Shown here: piece after piece, positions 51,229-64,000 of the stretch
Numbering within the stretch: the first letter of the stretch is position 1
Layout: each line of letters begins with the position of its first letter
Assembly (NCBI GenBank): GCA_951406725.2
Contig: OX597814.1
Location: 118,172,001 to 118,236,000, forward strand
Direction: 5' to 3'
Length of the DNA: 64,000 bases
From: Octopus vulgaris
Lineage: Eukaryota
Notes under the pieces: model-generated
Told to the model about the DNA's origin: nothing
Database searches by the model: none
What the model saw: only the letters and a program-made list of their open reading frames with translations
Made by a program: the position numbers and the translations under genes

Positions 51229-52005
51229 TTTTTTATTGCCCACAGAGGGCTAAACATAGAGAGGACAAAAAAGGGCAGATAAAGGGATTAAGTCGATTAC
51301 GTCGACACCTGTGCGCAACTGGTACTCATTTAAACGACCGTGAAAGGATGAATGGCAAAGTCGACCTCGGCGGAATTTGAATTCAGAACGTAACGGCAGA
51401 CGAAATACCTATTTCTTTACTACCCACTAGGGGCTAAACACAGAGAGGACAAAACAAGGAAAGACAAAGGGAGTAAGTCCATTATATCAATCTCAGTGCG
51501 TAACTGGTACTTATTTAATCGACCCTGAAAGGATGAAAGTCAAAGTCGACTACGGCGGAATTTGAACACAGAACGTAACAGCAGAAGAAATAACTATTTC
51601 TTTACTACCCACAAGGGGCTAAACACAGAGGGGACAAACAAGGGCATACAAACGGATTAAGTTGATTACATCGACCTCAGTGCGTGCGTAACTGGTACTT
51701 ATTTAATCGACCCCGAAAGTATGAAAGGCAAAATCGACCTCGGCGGAATATGAACTCAGAACGTAGGGGCAGACGAAATACCTATTTCTTTACTACCCAC
51801 AAGCGGCTAAACACAGAGAGAACAAACCAGAACAGATAAATGGATTAAGTCGATCATATCGACCCCAGAGCGTAACTGGTTCTTATTTAATCGACCCTGA
51901 AAGGATGAACGGCAAAGTCGACTACGGTGAATTTGAACTCAGAACACAGCGGCGGACGAAATACTACAAAGCATTTCGCCCGACGTGCTAACGTTTCTGC
52001 CGCCC
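51229..52005 (-). mobile_element. SINE family A tetramer (one head plus four bodies)
   Basis: Units start at about 51230, 51411, 51597 and 51785; head at about 51960-52005; TSD-like tgcga...gtaaata at 51214-51228 and 52007-52021. Confidence 0.92.
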
Positions 52006-52059
52006 TTGCGATACGTAAATAGAAGCCTACGGTGCTTCCAGCTAGTGTACCGAGTGCTT

Positions 52060-52300
52060 ACAATTAGTTCTACAATATACTTAGTTGGGACTCGACATGG
52101 CTAGAATTGCAGAACGTTGAATCCTATCACGAGTGTTGTGGAAGAAAAGAGAAACTTATTCATACGGATACCCCAAGAGGGACGACCAGATCTGAGGATA
52201 AAAATCTTGTCCTCAATAAAAAGTTGCTGTATGTTCATAGATGCAACCAGTGGAGTGTAGTGGCATATGTAACGAAAGAAAAAGCGTGAAAGATTGTCTA
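52060..52300 (+). mobile_element. Possible RTE-like LINE 3' relic
   Basis: LGLDMARIAE..IL and a frameshifted PRG-RPDLRIK resemble the RTE W.GHV.RM...PRGRP..RW motif. Confidence 0.4.
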
Positions 52301-55300
52301 AAAATCTTGGCGATTCAATGCTACCTGGCAACACTCGCGAGATATTTGCTCTCTTGGGTGAAATAATTGTGACCTCCAGTTGAGAGATGAGGAGAGTGTC
52401 TAGCACGGGAATTGTTATGTAAAATGAATTAACTTTACTCTCTTAACATATAATCTGTTTTGGAAAGCTTGAATATAAAGGTTCAAAGCAAAGCACAACA
52501 AACTGAAATACACACGTATATTCTGAATATTTCATCTTTATAAATAGCACAAGAGCTGAATGTCATTCCGTCACGGTGTGTCGCAATAAAACGGTTTACC
52601 AACTTAGAAAATGAAATATGATGGGAATATTGAGGCTGATATGCATCCCATGCAACGGCGTAAAACGCATTAAATGATAGGCACGGCAATATTAGGATTC
52701 ACAATATATGATATTATATTCGTATAGCTTAGATATTTAAAAAGCAACAACTAGCAGTAAGAAATATAATATTCTGAAACGCTAACAAAAGAATGATCAT
52801 AATAATGAGAATGATGTTGGGAGGAGGGTAATTAAATTCAGGTTTTTTCTTGAAAGGTTATGTCGCTGTTCATTGAAAGTTGTTGAAGGTTATATGAATA
52901 TTGAAATATTACTTCCTTTATTACTTCCACAGATCTGTTCAACGGCAATGCAAATTTGAATTATTCATATAGTGCTGATGATTTTCTTCTATATACTGCC
53001 GATATGTTATTTGCAGTTTTTCAAGAGCATTCAATTATAATTAACTTACCAGTATTTTTAGATTTGTTTTTCGGTGGCTTATACTATCTCAGTAATTTTG
53101 TTTTTGTAACATTCTATATAGAATTGAAATTTTTCGTTCATGGTGTTTTGTTTTTATTTTCTTTGGCTAAGCTTCAGTTACATTCGATTTTACTATTAAA
53201 ACGTTATGCTTGTACAACATTCAAGTTTTTAAATATAGCACAACTACGGCTTCTCTTCTAAGGAATCGTTAAAATGCTAGTTTATATTTTAGCAACAGCA
53301 CATTCTTCAGAATTCTTTTAAGCAACTATGATATATTTAAAATATATAATATTACTGAGAAGAAATGCTAAGTTAGCTTAAAATCATGTTAGCTGTACAG
53401 TTGCTCCTTAAATTCCATGCTTTCAAATATCTTTTAAAATTGACAATATTAATATAGAGTTAATGGAAATTAGATTTTAAGTTAGGAACACTGTTTGTAG
53501 ATATTGATATATTCTGTAATGTCCCACTTTTTGTGTTCATTTCTTAATTAAATTCAAATTATTAAGCCGAAGGAGCGAGCATTTTATTTCACACGTACAC
53601 GCACACACGCACACACACACACACACACACACGCATATACACACATAGAGGCACACACACACCCAGGCCCCATCGCGTAGCACCTTCAACAAGTGTCTTC
53701 TACTATAACTTCGTCCGACCAAATCCTTGTTAGTGGATTTAGAGGTAGACGGAAACTGAAAGGAATCGCGTCATATATATATATACATACATACATACAT
53801 ACATATATATATATATGTGTGTGTGTGTGTGCGTGTGTATGTATGTATGTACACACATACGATGCATTGTGTTCATTTTACACAAATCCAGTCAGCTGGC
53901 AAAAAAAGTAAACCTTTACAGATTCTGGTTAACCTGCCCTATGAGTCCATATCTGGTGAATGACCATCGATCCCTTTTTAATCCGTATATATAATTTACG
54001 TACGTGTACGTGTGTGTGTGAGGTTTCATTTCTAAATGTACGCCTATATGTTTCAGCGTGTTGGCACGTTTGAATAGGTTTAGGTAAATGGGGGAGTATG
54101 TACTTCGGACTCATTCAACAGCATTATTTATCCCTGATAATGCTTTACATTTACATTAATTATTAGTTGTTGCTGAAACCTGTGACTACATGAGATCTAT
54201 AAATTTTAAGAATTAACCTGGCCCATATTCAAATAAATATATACATAACTTAGGAAAGAAAAAAGGAAAAAAATAAGAAAGAAATAGAGAAGGAAACAAA
54301 GAACAGGCATAAATGGTAATTGTCCCATCTTCTGAAACGATAGCCGCCTCCTTGTGTTCTGTTGTTGTCTGTAGCATTTCTGACATCCTCTCCACGACTA
54401 TTCTGTCTAGTTGCAGATCTGCATAATTTGGTGCATAGGTGACAGATAAAACTTGTAACATACATTGCGCTTAGGCTTGCACACGTCGCCCCTCTACCAT
54501 CAGTAGATGAAATGACACACGAGTTCCCCCTTTCAAGAGACCTCGTATGACATTCCCATTAACGGGACATATGGACATCTTTAGATTATAGTGATAAATG
54601 CTTGTACCACATGAGTTCCACTCTCTGAGTTTCTGCGATTAGTCCTTAGTCAAAGCCGAAGCGAGATGACCAGTAATCACATGGAACCGCAGTGACCCTC
54701 TCCTAGAAGGATGCTGCGAAAACAGCTAGAGATCCCTCACTCACAGTGATTTTTACTGAGTGTTCTAAAAACAACTTAGGGAATTTCTGTGTCACCTCGC
54801 TTAGATGGATTTTTTTTTCACACAAGCGAGTTACCCATAACTGAGACTCAGAAAAGTGCAACTACAATGGATCAGAGCAGATCTGGGAACGATAGTGGTT
54901 AATAAATCTTTCCATACTCCTCAAAACTCAAGAACTCCCAAGCTAGATACTCACTAACGGATGTTTAAAATCATACCCAGAGCATACGGCTGACAAAATA
55001 ATATGCGCGTTGGAAAAGATACTTTGCAGCATTATATCCGGGTCTTTTCGTTCTCAGCTAATACTCTGCTGAGGCAAAGTTCGCTTTTGAGCATTACGGA
55101 CTTCATAAAATACAGACCAGTTAGTTACAAGTTTCGATTTAAAAGACCTGCGGCCTCTCCTCAAAATTGATGACCCTTGTGCCAAAACTAGAAAGAATAT
55201 GCGAGTAAATTCTATCCATTATTAAGATATTATCATAATGATTTTTCTAGGGCATTTACCCACAAATTCCAATGCATTTAGGTATTTTCTTAATGTTCTC

Positions 55301-56604
55301 AAAGAAAGATGAATTTGACCTATCATACTTCATTAATTTGATTAAAACTTTTGTGAGAAATTAAATATTTAACCGTACATCCTATTATAATTACAAAAAC
55401 ATAATCTTGCTTTCCTATGAGTTTTTGTATACCTGCATACAACATTGTGGATGTGTTGTGTGATGATATTTAAATTCCCTTCAAGAGGATATACTGAATA
55501 CAATCAGTATGTAATTGTATTTCCAGGTATGATTAATAAATTCCTATCACTACAGACGGAAGAAAGTTTTGGTGATTGTCTTGCATTTTCATTTTTATGA
55601 CGTAACTCATAGTAACAACGATGACTAACTTCTCCTTTGAATGCCACACCTCAAGCAACTCATAATAACTGTCCTCTCTATCATTTAGATTATATTTTTA
55701 CTTATAAAACCATCTTCGGAAATACACAGCTACTTGTCTCCATGTAACTTTGCTCCCAGAAAGGCATGAACTTCATTTTATTGTCTTAGTTCACGGCTAA
55801 TAACGTTCGCTTTGTTTCAAATTTAACCCGCAGCATGTTCTAGTTAGATTATTATAAATCTCAGCCTGCAAACGCAGCTTCTGTTGAACTCTTCCTCATC
55901 CATACATTCTTTATTTACCACCGTCATTAAACAATTTTGCTGTAATTTTTTTTCTGAATTAGTTTCATTTGAGAACAATTTTTTTCTGAAAATATTTGCT
56001 TCTTGTCAACGTAATTTTTTTTTTTACCTGAGTAAATTGTGTTTTTATCCACACATATTTTCTTTTCGATAACATTATCGATTTTTCCTCTTATCATTTA
56101 TAATATATTTTCTACTTTACTCTCTTCTAACAATCTTTGTTTTTGTTCAGCAGTCAATCAAATACTATCGAACACAATTATTCATATTTTCAAAGCTTCG
56201 TATCTCATTGGGTCTGTTGTTACCTTATTGATTATTTCCCAAATTGATATCCCCAAATATGGTTTGGTTCATCTTCCTGTTTGTATTAATTTTATTCCAC
56301 TTTTCCATCTGCTCCACCTACTTCTCTTCTCTGCCTTTTTCAATAACAAGGGTTGTATTCAACGACGGATCTCCACTATCAGTATTGTGATGGATTTGAT
56401 TACATATTTTTCTTGCATATATATATATATTAATTTATTTATTTTTGTGATAGGTTGAGGAACCAACTAAGGGATAGTACATATATAATATACTGCTGGT
56501 AGTGTAGCCAATTATTCATACCCAAATGCTGGTTATTGCGTTGCAATCTCGCAGTTGAGTGTCATATATGGGCAGGGGTAAGATTTGTTTTGCCCTTGGT
56601 TTAA

Positions 56605-56930
56605 ACGGCAAATAACAAAAGGGGAGAATACAAAACGACATACATCATCCGGTAGACATTCCAGTGTGTCTATTAATTTCAAAGCATTAGAAAGAATTAG
56701 AAGAAAACATACTTATGTAGTAAATATGTGCTACACACATGTATATTAATATTAGAGAAAAGAACAAAACGTCAGTTTCTTTTTGCCCTTTTCTGTAATA
56801 TTAATACGTGTGTGTAACACATAGTTACTACATATGTATGTTGTCTTCTACTAGTTTCTAAATAGACACACTGGAATGTCTACCGAATGATGTATCTCGT
56901 TTTGTATCCTCTCCATTTTCTTATTTGTCG

Positions 56931-56931
<1 letters not shown>
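56605..56931. repeat. ~330-bp imperfect palindrome
   Basis: cggtagacattccagtgtgtctatt pairs with aatagacacactggaatgtctaccg; pairing continues inward to a short centre near 56772. Confidence 0.92.
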
Positions 56932-56975
<44 letters not shown>

Positions 56976-57473
56976 CCAAAATCACCGAGGGGAGTAGGAC
57001 GGAGTAGGAGATAGCGTAGCATAAGTGGAGGCAGCGGAGAGAAAATAGTAGTTCATTGAAAGAGAACTAGTAAGAGTAATAGCCCTGACTGAGAGAGTGT
57101 GAAAGAAAGTAATAGCAATGGAGAAAAAAAGGGGCATTTCAACTATGAGTGAGAGTATTTTTGTGTATGTAAAAAGGAGGTGTGTGTTTTCAATGGAAAT
57201 GGGATGATGAACGTTCAAAGCTGAAAAGCATTTCAACTCTGAGTATATATGTGTATGTTTGTGCATGTACAAGTTAAGTAGGTGAATGTTTGCATCTGTG
57301 ATATTTATGTACCTTATTTTGTACTTTACTTATACATAAAATACTACAATTAGCCGTCATTTTGATGGCACGGGATCAGCTAGTTTGATGAGATACATCG
57401 ATATGTTGAAGCAGTAATGCAGCTGCTGGATATAATATCATTAATACAAAGACGATTGTTTCTTTATACAAAA

Positions 57474-57870
57474 CTAGCAGTATCGCCCGGCGTTGCTCGG
57501 GTTTGTAAGGGAAATAACTATATAAGCATTTTTAAAGATGTAAAGTATAATAGCCATCTCAATATGGCTAACCACAAAGGCGGGGGTGTTACTGTAGGTT
57601 TTTACGTTCTGAGATATAATAATACATTTTTAAAGAGTTACTTCCCTTATATAATAGCAAAAAATGCATTAAAAATTGGAAAAAATGATGGTAATTTTTT
57701 TTTTTTTATCGTAGACTCATCGTAGACGCGCGCTAATACCCAGAAGGGCTCGATATGAATCACAACTATAAGATACCTGCTTTTGGTTACACTGCACCGC
57801 AAAATGTGGGAGTAGTTAGGAATCTAAATCGTAGGAGACAGACACACAACTTCACTTTTATATATAAAGA
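57474..57870 (-). mobile_element. Non-autonomous Helitron with intact termini
   Basis: The minus strand starts TCtttatatataaaag and ends with the hairpin cccgagcaacgccggg then CTAG; inserted between A and T with no TSD. Confidence 0.9.
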
Positions 57871-58091
57871 TGAATTGAATGTTTTAGTCAATTGTGATCC
57901 CGACTGCATTTCAAATTAGACGCCATCTATGCCAGTGTGTGTATGTGTGTATGTATAAAAATAAAGAATTGGGAGTTCTACTACGATTTATGTGCGTGCT
58001 TTTACGTGCCAATTGCCTATATGAGAGAATGTTTCAAAGCTGATAGCGTAGTATTTGGTGTTCTAACCGAGGGTTGTTTATCCCTTTTGTG

Positions 58092-58285
58092 ACATGCACA
58101 CACAAACACAGACACACACACACACACAGACACACACACACGCATACAAACACTCATATATGCGTATTTGCGTATGCATATATATATATATATGTGCGTG
58201 TGTGTACATGTGTATATATATATTATACATATATATGTACATATATATATATCTGTGCGTGCATGCGCCTCTCCCTCTCTCTCTC

Positions 58286-58348
<63 letters not shown>

Positions 58349-58386
58349 GTATATACATATGTATATATGTGTATGTGTGTGTTTGT
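58092..58386. repeat. Compound (CA)/(TA)/(CT) microsatellite
   Basis: Directly visible. Confidence 0.92.
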
Positions 58387-59039
58387 ATTAATCCAAAAGC
58401 GTGAAACGTACCCGCAACATATTCTCGACTACTTTGCCACGAATAATGCGCATGAGCAAAGAACTTCACGCTTGGAGCGCTTCTCAGACCTTCCCAATCG
58501 TTTTATTTGATTTTTTGTATTCTTTACTTATCATTCCGCGAATACATACCAGCAATCTTGCCTTGTTAATGAATTTGTGAACTACTTTATATACCAACAC
58601 CATTCTACCACACACAAGAGAGAAATATTCATATTATAACACGGTAACATACTACATAACCTGATGAGATTTCTGCTGCATTGTGAGATACATTCGACTC
58701 TATTATACTGTTTCTAACCCACAATGGAGCAGCACATGTGTAAGCCGAAGCGATAGTCGTCCTAAATAAAGCTTACACTGTCTTCCCTATGAATAATTTA
58801 AAATAAACTAAACGTGCATCGGGGAAATCCTTACGTAGATCCAGCTATTAAAGTGCAATACCGCAGATGATGACTTGTGTGTGTGTGTGAGAGAGAGTAA
58901 GTGGTGAACCTGCTCTCAAGGGACACTACTACGGGCATACCCAGAACAAGGTTTGGATACTACATTTTAAAGTCTCCCATCTGAACTTTAATTTTAAACA
59001 TAAACTATATGAATATGTATAAATATATATATATATGGT

Positions 59040-59745
59040 CAGCTCTAGTTAGTATCCGAGCATTGGGTTTGTCCAGTTTCTGTCCAGTGTCCTCGGCTGA
59101 TGTTTGTACCGAAAGTAGCTTTGGACTCCAAGTTGATGGTGAAAGAGTTGTGGGAAGAACTCGCACGGGATCCTCAGTGCAGCTGAAGGATGTTGAAGAT
59201 GCTCTCTTCTGCGTTTTGCCTGCTCATCCTCTTGTCTGTTCTGCTCGAAGGAACTGGCTCCATTGCGGATACCAGTCCTCTAGGCTGTCCTATGCATGGC
59301 AATCTGTTCCAATGAGGATGGTTGGATGTTTGCTTGAGCCAAGATCCGTTTGAGTTGGTCTTTAAAACAGAATTCCGGACCTCTTCTGGGTCTTGTTCGG
59401 ATTGCATGTTCTACGGAGAGTATGATCCTTGAGAGACAAGAGAGCTCTATACGCTGATCTGACCAGCGTAGTCGATGACGTAGAATGGTGGTTTCGACAC
59501 TTCGTAGTCAGGCGCAGAGAAGAACGTCGTTGTTGGTAACGTAATCTTCCTATTGTATATTGAGAATCTGTCGTAGATTCGATTGCCGGAAGCATTCAAT
59601 GCGCTTGAAGTCACAGTGGTACAACGTCCAAGTCTCACAAGCGTAGAGTTCACAGTACAAGGACACGGAAGACCATGATCTATGTCCGGATATTCTGCAA
59701 TTGTACGTAAACCCTTAGAGACGACTGTTTTCGGCGTTGACATAT
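59040..59745 (-). mobile_element. RTE (BovB-like) LINE 3' fragment
   Basis: Across frameshifts: LNA..LRQILNIQ.EDYVTNNDVL..ILRHRLRWS..FKDQLKRILAQANI..LEQIAMHR..IRNGASSFE, then a decayed C-terminal zinc finger (PCEF..LGVQSYFRYKH). Confidence 0.8.
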
Positions 59746-61950
59746 CTCAAGGATTAAAAAGGTAACTCAGTCCAACTAAATGGTATATATAATTTCATTT
59801 TTGCATGCTGTTAATGCATTTTCTACAGCATTTCAAAAATTGTAAGTATACTTTGCAAACTTATGAAGTGGAAATTGTATTCATAATATAGTACTGCTTG
59901 CTTAAATGTGACCATACGCTCTCAATGTGAATAACTCTTAGATATTTTGCGAACGTTTAAATGTGCCATTGTCTTTAATTTAAATCAAATTCATGATTTC
60001 ATTAGTCACAGAATCGTTTTGATATCTTGCAAATTGACACGTGATAATAATCCCCTTACCACTATATGTTGTATATTTGAGATTCAGTCTTACCGTTTGC
60101 TAAACTGAAGGTGACATACAGCCATATTCTGATTACATATTGGGACGTTCTAAACTCTAACGAATAAATAGTATAATTAGATAAAATAAAATTGTGATAC
60201 TCATGTTGAAGCCAGATATTTAAAGATCATAACAAATGCTTGAGATTGTCGACAAATATTTCTTAAGTAGGACACTTACTAGTTGTCCATCGATATTTAA
60301 AGTGACTGCTATTTATTTGATCATCGCTGACACACACACACACACACCCACACACACACCCACACACACACACACACACATGCACACACTCTCTCCCTCT
60401 CGCTCTCACACACATCTATTTATATATGTATGTGTACCGCCCAATTTTGATGACAACAGTTGTTATATATGCACATGCACATACACAAACTTTATATCAC
60501 ACATGTATTACATACTAGTATATTAAATGGAAAGCAATTGGTCGGGTGAACCTCTTTTACTCAGTAAGTTACAAGGGTCAGTAGTTTACAAAACTAATAT
60601 GCTATGAAAGGAAAATCAAATATCTTTTCTATGTGGAAAGATATTAAATGACAAGCAATTGACAATGCCTGATTTTCCTGAAGTACCTGATATAAGAATC
60701 AGATTAAAGCATGCGTACACAACATAGAATAAAGGAGAATCAAGACAATATCCTATTTGTTAAATAAGAAGAGATAAAAGAATTAAATGAAACACACTTT
60801 AAATACTTGAAATTGAATGTAGTAGACAAAGTGCAGCTCACACACATCAAAGAAGACATTATGAAGTGTCATCATAAATCCTTAAAGTTAATACTTTGAA
60901 AAATATCTAAATGCAAGCTATAAGTGATATGCACGGATATTGTTGCAATTCATATATATGATATGCTATAGATAAATATTTCTCTACTAGAAGCTGAATA
61001 TGTTGGCAACGATTAGAAAAAGAAAATGAAAATAACCACTTTATTTCAATTGCACAGTGACAATTTCACCGATTGATCATAATACATGCATTACTCAATG
61101 TGTAATGTAAGTTGAAGAACATGAAATCCAATCTCCTGGACTTAAATATACGCGTTACACACATAAAGGGAAAATATTGTCATTTCATACTTGTAACACA
61201 GAAAACCACATATTTATTAAAGAATACGAGGACAACAGGAAATACTGTGATGATTAATGCAGTGAAACATTAAAATAAAATGAGACCACAGAACAAAGTT
61301 TTGGTGTGGAGTGAATTATCGATTAAGTCACTCCTACTGATAACTTCTGGCACCTCGGATGAAAAACTTCGCAAGTTTAATCAAAGCTGGACAGAAATGA
61401 ATTTCAAAAAGAATTATATAATTACGATCTAAGCATTTGTAACCTACCGAACTAATAATCTGTACTGAATAACCTTGAAATAATAATACAGACAGCAAGG
61501 GAATTCAATAAATATAGTGATATAAAATGTGTCACGACAACCTTGAAATGAGGAATATTAAAAGAAACAATACTATTTCAGATTACAAAACAGATAGACT
61601 GACATCGAATACCAATTTACAAAACTCCCGAAATTAATGTGTTAAACAGATAACAGCATAGACAAAAGAATGTAACGATTACGAGAAAACATATCAGTAT
61701 TACAGAAATATTTAAAGAGTTCCGCAATTAGAACATATCTTAGATTAATGCTTCAATGACAATTCAGAGAGAACAAAGAACTAATTGTTCTAGTAATAAC
61801 TTGCATTCATAATCTTCTTACCTGGATGATAATTAAACTAAAAAGACAAAAGAGAAGGATAAAAAAATGAAAATAATGATTGTATTTATAATATACCGCG
61901 ACAGAAAAATTATTAGGAACAGAAGACTGAAGATGGATTCTGTAGTTTTC

Positions 61951-62128
<178 letters not shown>

Positions 62129-62636
62129 ACTAATAACTACAAACGGAAACTAATACAAATATACCAGGAACATAATGTTATCTGTCTTAAACAAAAAGAA
62201 CAAACAGACATTTGTGAGTACTGAAAATAGATAATATTAAACCACGAAACACGAAGTTGGCAATGAGTCTATATCATGCAAAATTGGCAAAGGGACTATA
62301 TAATATCATAGAAAGACGATGTGAAGAAAATCCTGTTTTTGACAAATATTTGAAGAAACTGAATGAAGCAAAATATGTTGATTCTATGAAGGGGAAAAAA
62401 TCAATCACATAGTTTCTGATTGCCAAGATTTAGTCAAAATATAATATAATATAATAAATATTTATTATATATATAGAGAGAGGCAAAATAGAGTTTCTAT
62501 AGTGGAAAATATGCCAACATTATGAAATCACCGTTTACAACAATACACCACTGAAATACCTCAGAGAATAAATAAAAGAACAGTGCTGAACCCAGCTGTA
62601 CTGTAAATACCAACGATAGATTTAAGACCATTGGGT

Positions 62637-62742
62637 GATGATGATGACGATGATGCTTCTGCTACTACTACAACAACAACAACTACTACTACTACTACTA
62701 CTACAACAACAACAACTACTGCTACTACTACTACTACTACTA
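62637..62742. repeat. (GAT)(CTA)(CAA) compound microsatellite
   Basis: Directly visible. Confidence 0.92.
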
Positions 62743-63099
62743 TCGATGTTCATTCCCGTGGATTTCGACGTATAAGTGTTTGAATTAAATAATTAGAAAA
62801 CAGATTAAAAATAAAAGAAGCTTCATCAATTTGCGATGGATGCGTGAAAGTAATTTGACTCCAGGAATGAACTTTCTTATGAAGTCACAATGAGGATGCT
62901 GATGAACTTGATTTTACCTGGGATTAGACAAAAGTTTCTATTGATTGCAGTATATAATTGTTTTTTTTTTCTTCGACTCAAAGTGTTTTGTGTAGCGTGT
63001 TTCTCATACTAGAGATATCCATATTAAATACATGATAAATCAAGAATTCACTACCGATCCTAAAGTAATCAATGAGACCCCTCAAATGCTTATAATCGA

Positions 63100-64000
63100 G
63101 GTACTTGTGGGAAATCGTTCCTTGGATGTGGTAAATACTGGTTAAAAGCATTCTAGAGCTAAAGCTCCTGGATAGAAAAGCGTACAAGAATTTGGGCGGA
63201 CAACTTGTAAAAAATCTGTGCAAATTAATCTGTTTGAACTGGGAAACGGGATCTGTTTCCTATCTGTTAAAGGGTGTATGTATAACGCACAAAAACAAAG
63301 ACAAGAAAAGTCTATGTAATAAACACCGAGGAATAGGATTGTTATGCATAGCTTGAAAAATTGATTCTTGCCAGAGTGATTCTTAACCGTATCAATAAGC
63401 ATATAGTAAACAGCATATATACTGAACACCAATGTGGATTTCAAGGTGGTAGAGACAAACTTGACATGATAATTGTCCTTCGGGAATTTCAAAACAATGC
63501 ACGAGTGCTGAGCACTGAGTTGTACATGGTCTTTTTCGACTTGACCAAGGCCTTTCGTAATATGAATCGTGAGGCTCTCTGGAAATTGTTGTCAAATGAT
63601 GATTTTTCCTGATAAAACGGTAAGAGTAGTAGTATCTTTGGCCGAATAAATGATGGCATCAGTGGAATCTAACGGTCAAAGTTCAAAGGTATTTTATGTT
63701 GCCACTGGAACTAAACAAGGCTGTGTTTTAGCTCTTGTCGTTCTTGCCATATTCTTTTCCATGATGCTCTAATATGCGTTTAGGTATTACTATGAGGGTT
63801 TAAAATTTTACTTTCACAAAGAAGGAGGTCTACTAAGCCTAAATGGGAAAAGCTTCAGGTTAAATAAAAAGACCAAGGAAGAAATTTTACTCGATTTACT
63901 CTTTGCCGGTTATTGCGCTTTCATTTCTCATATATTTGAGGAAATGTATGACGTAGTTGACAGGTTTGCTCTGCAGCAGCTGAAACATTTGAACTATCAG
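63100..64000 (+). mobile_element. RTE (BovB-like) LINE reverse-transcriptase fragment running off the window
   Basis: KAPG; ILARVILNR..EHQCGFQGGR..DMI..LYMVFFDLTKAF..NREALW; TGTKQGCVLA; DLLFAGYCA (decayed FADD). Confidence 0.88.

Noticed and set aside
47350-52005. Regularly spaced repeats suggestive of a CRISPR array
   Set aside because: The whole units repeat, there are no unique spacers or cas genes, and the context is eukaryotic SINE DNA.
54213-54465. Protein-like 82-aa minus-strand ORF as a possible host exon
   Set aside because: No recognisable family, a low-complexity end and no supporting neighbouring exons; cannot be supported without RNA data.

Overview
AT-rich eukaryotic, repeat-saturated non-coding DNA (intron or intergenic). 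The SINE families and microsatellite density look like a cephalopod, probably Octopus; this is an inference from recalled repeat families, not a database result. I could not support any intact host gene, rRNA, true tRNA or CRISPR array, and most listed ORFs are microsatellite translations. The DNA transposons are a complete decayed mariner (DD34D), a one-ended DD41D element, a complete Merlin/IS1595-like element, Helitron and Helentron-type non-autonomous elements, and hAT MITEs. The retroelements are a near-full-length decayed R4/Dong-like LINE plus two fragments, RTE and Tx1-like fragments, a Penelope-like relic, and at least three tRNA-derived SINE families. The most notable observations are: a SINE that occurs as 2-4-unit multimers with the same junction at four loci; a 69-bp exact inverted copy of a SINE/flank junction 2.1 kb from its donor; several long palindromes, three of them clustered at 21-24.6 kb; and a candidate structured RNA at about 11.8 kb.
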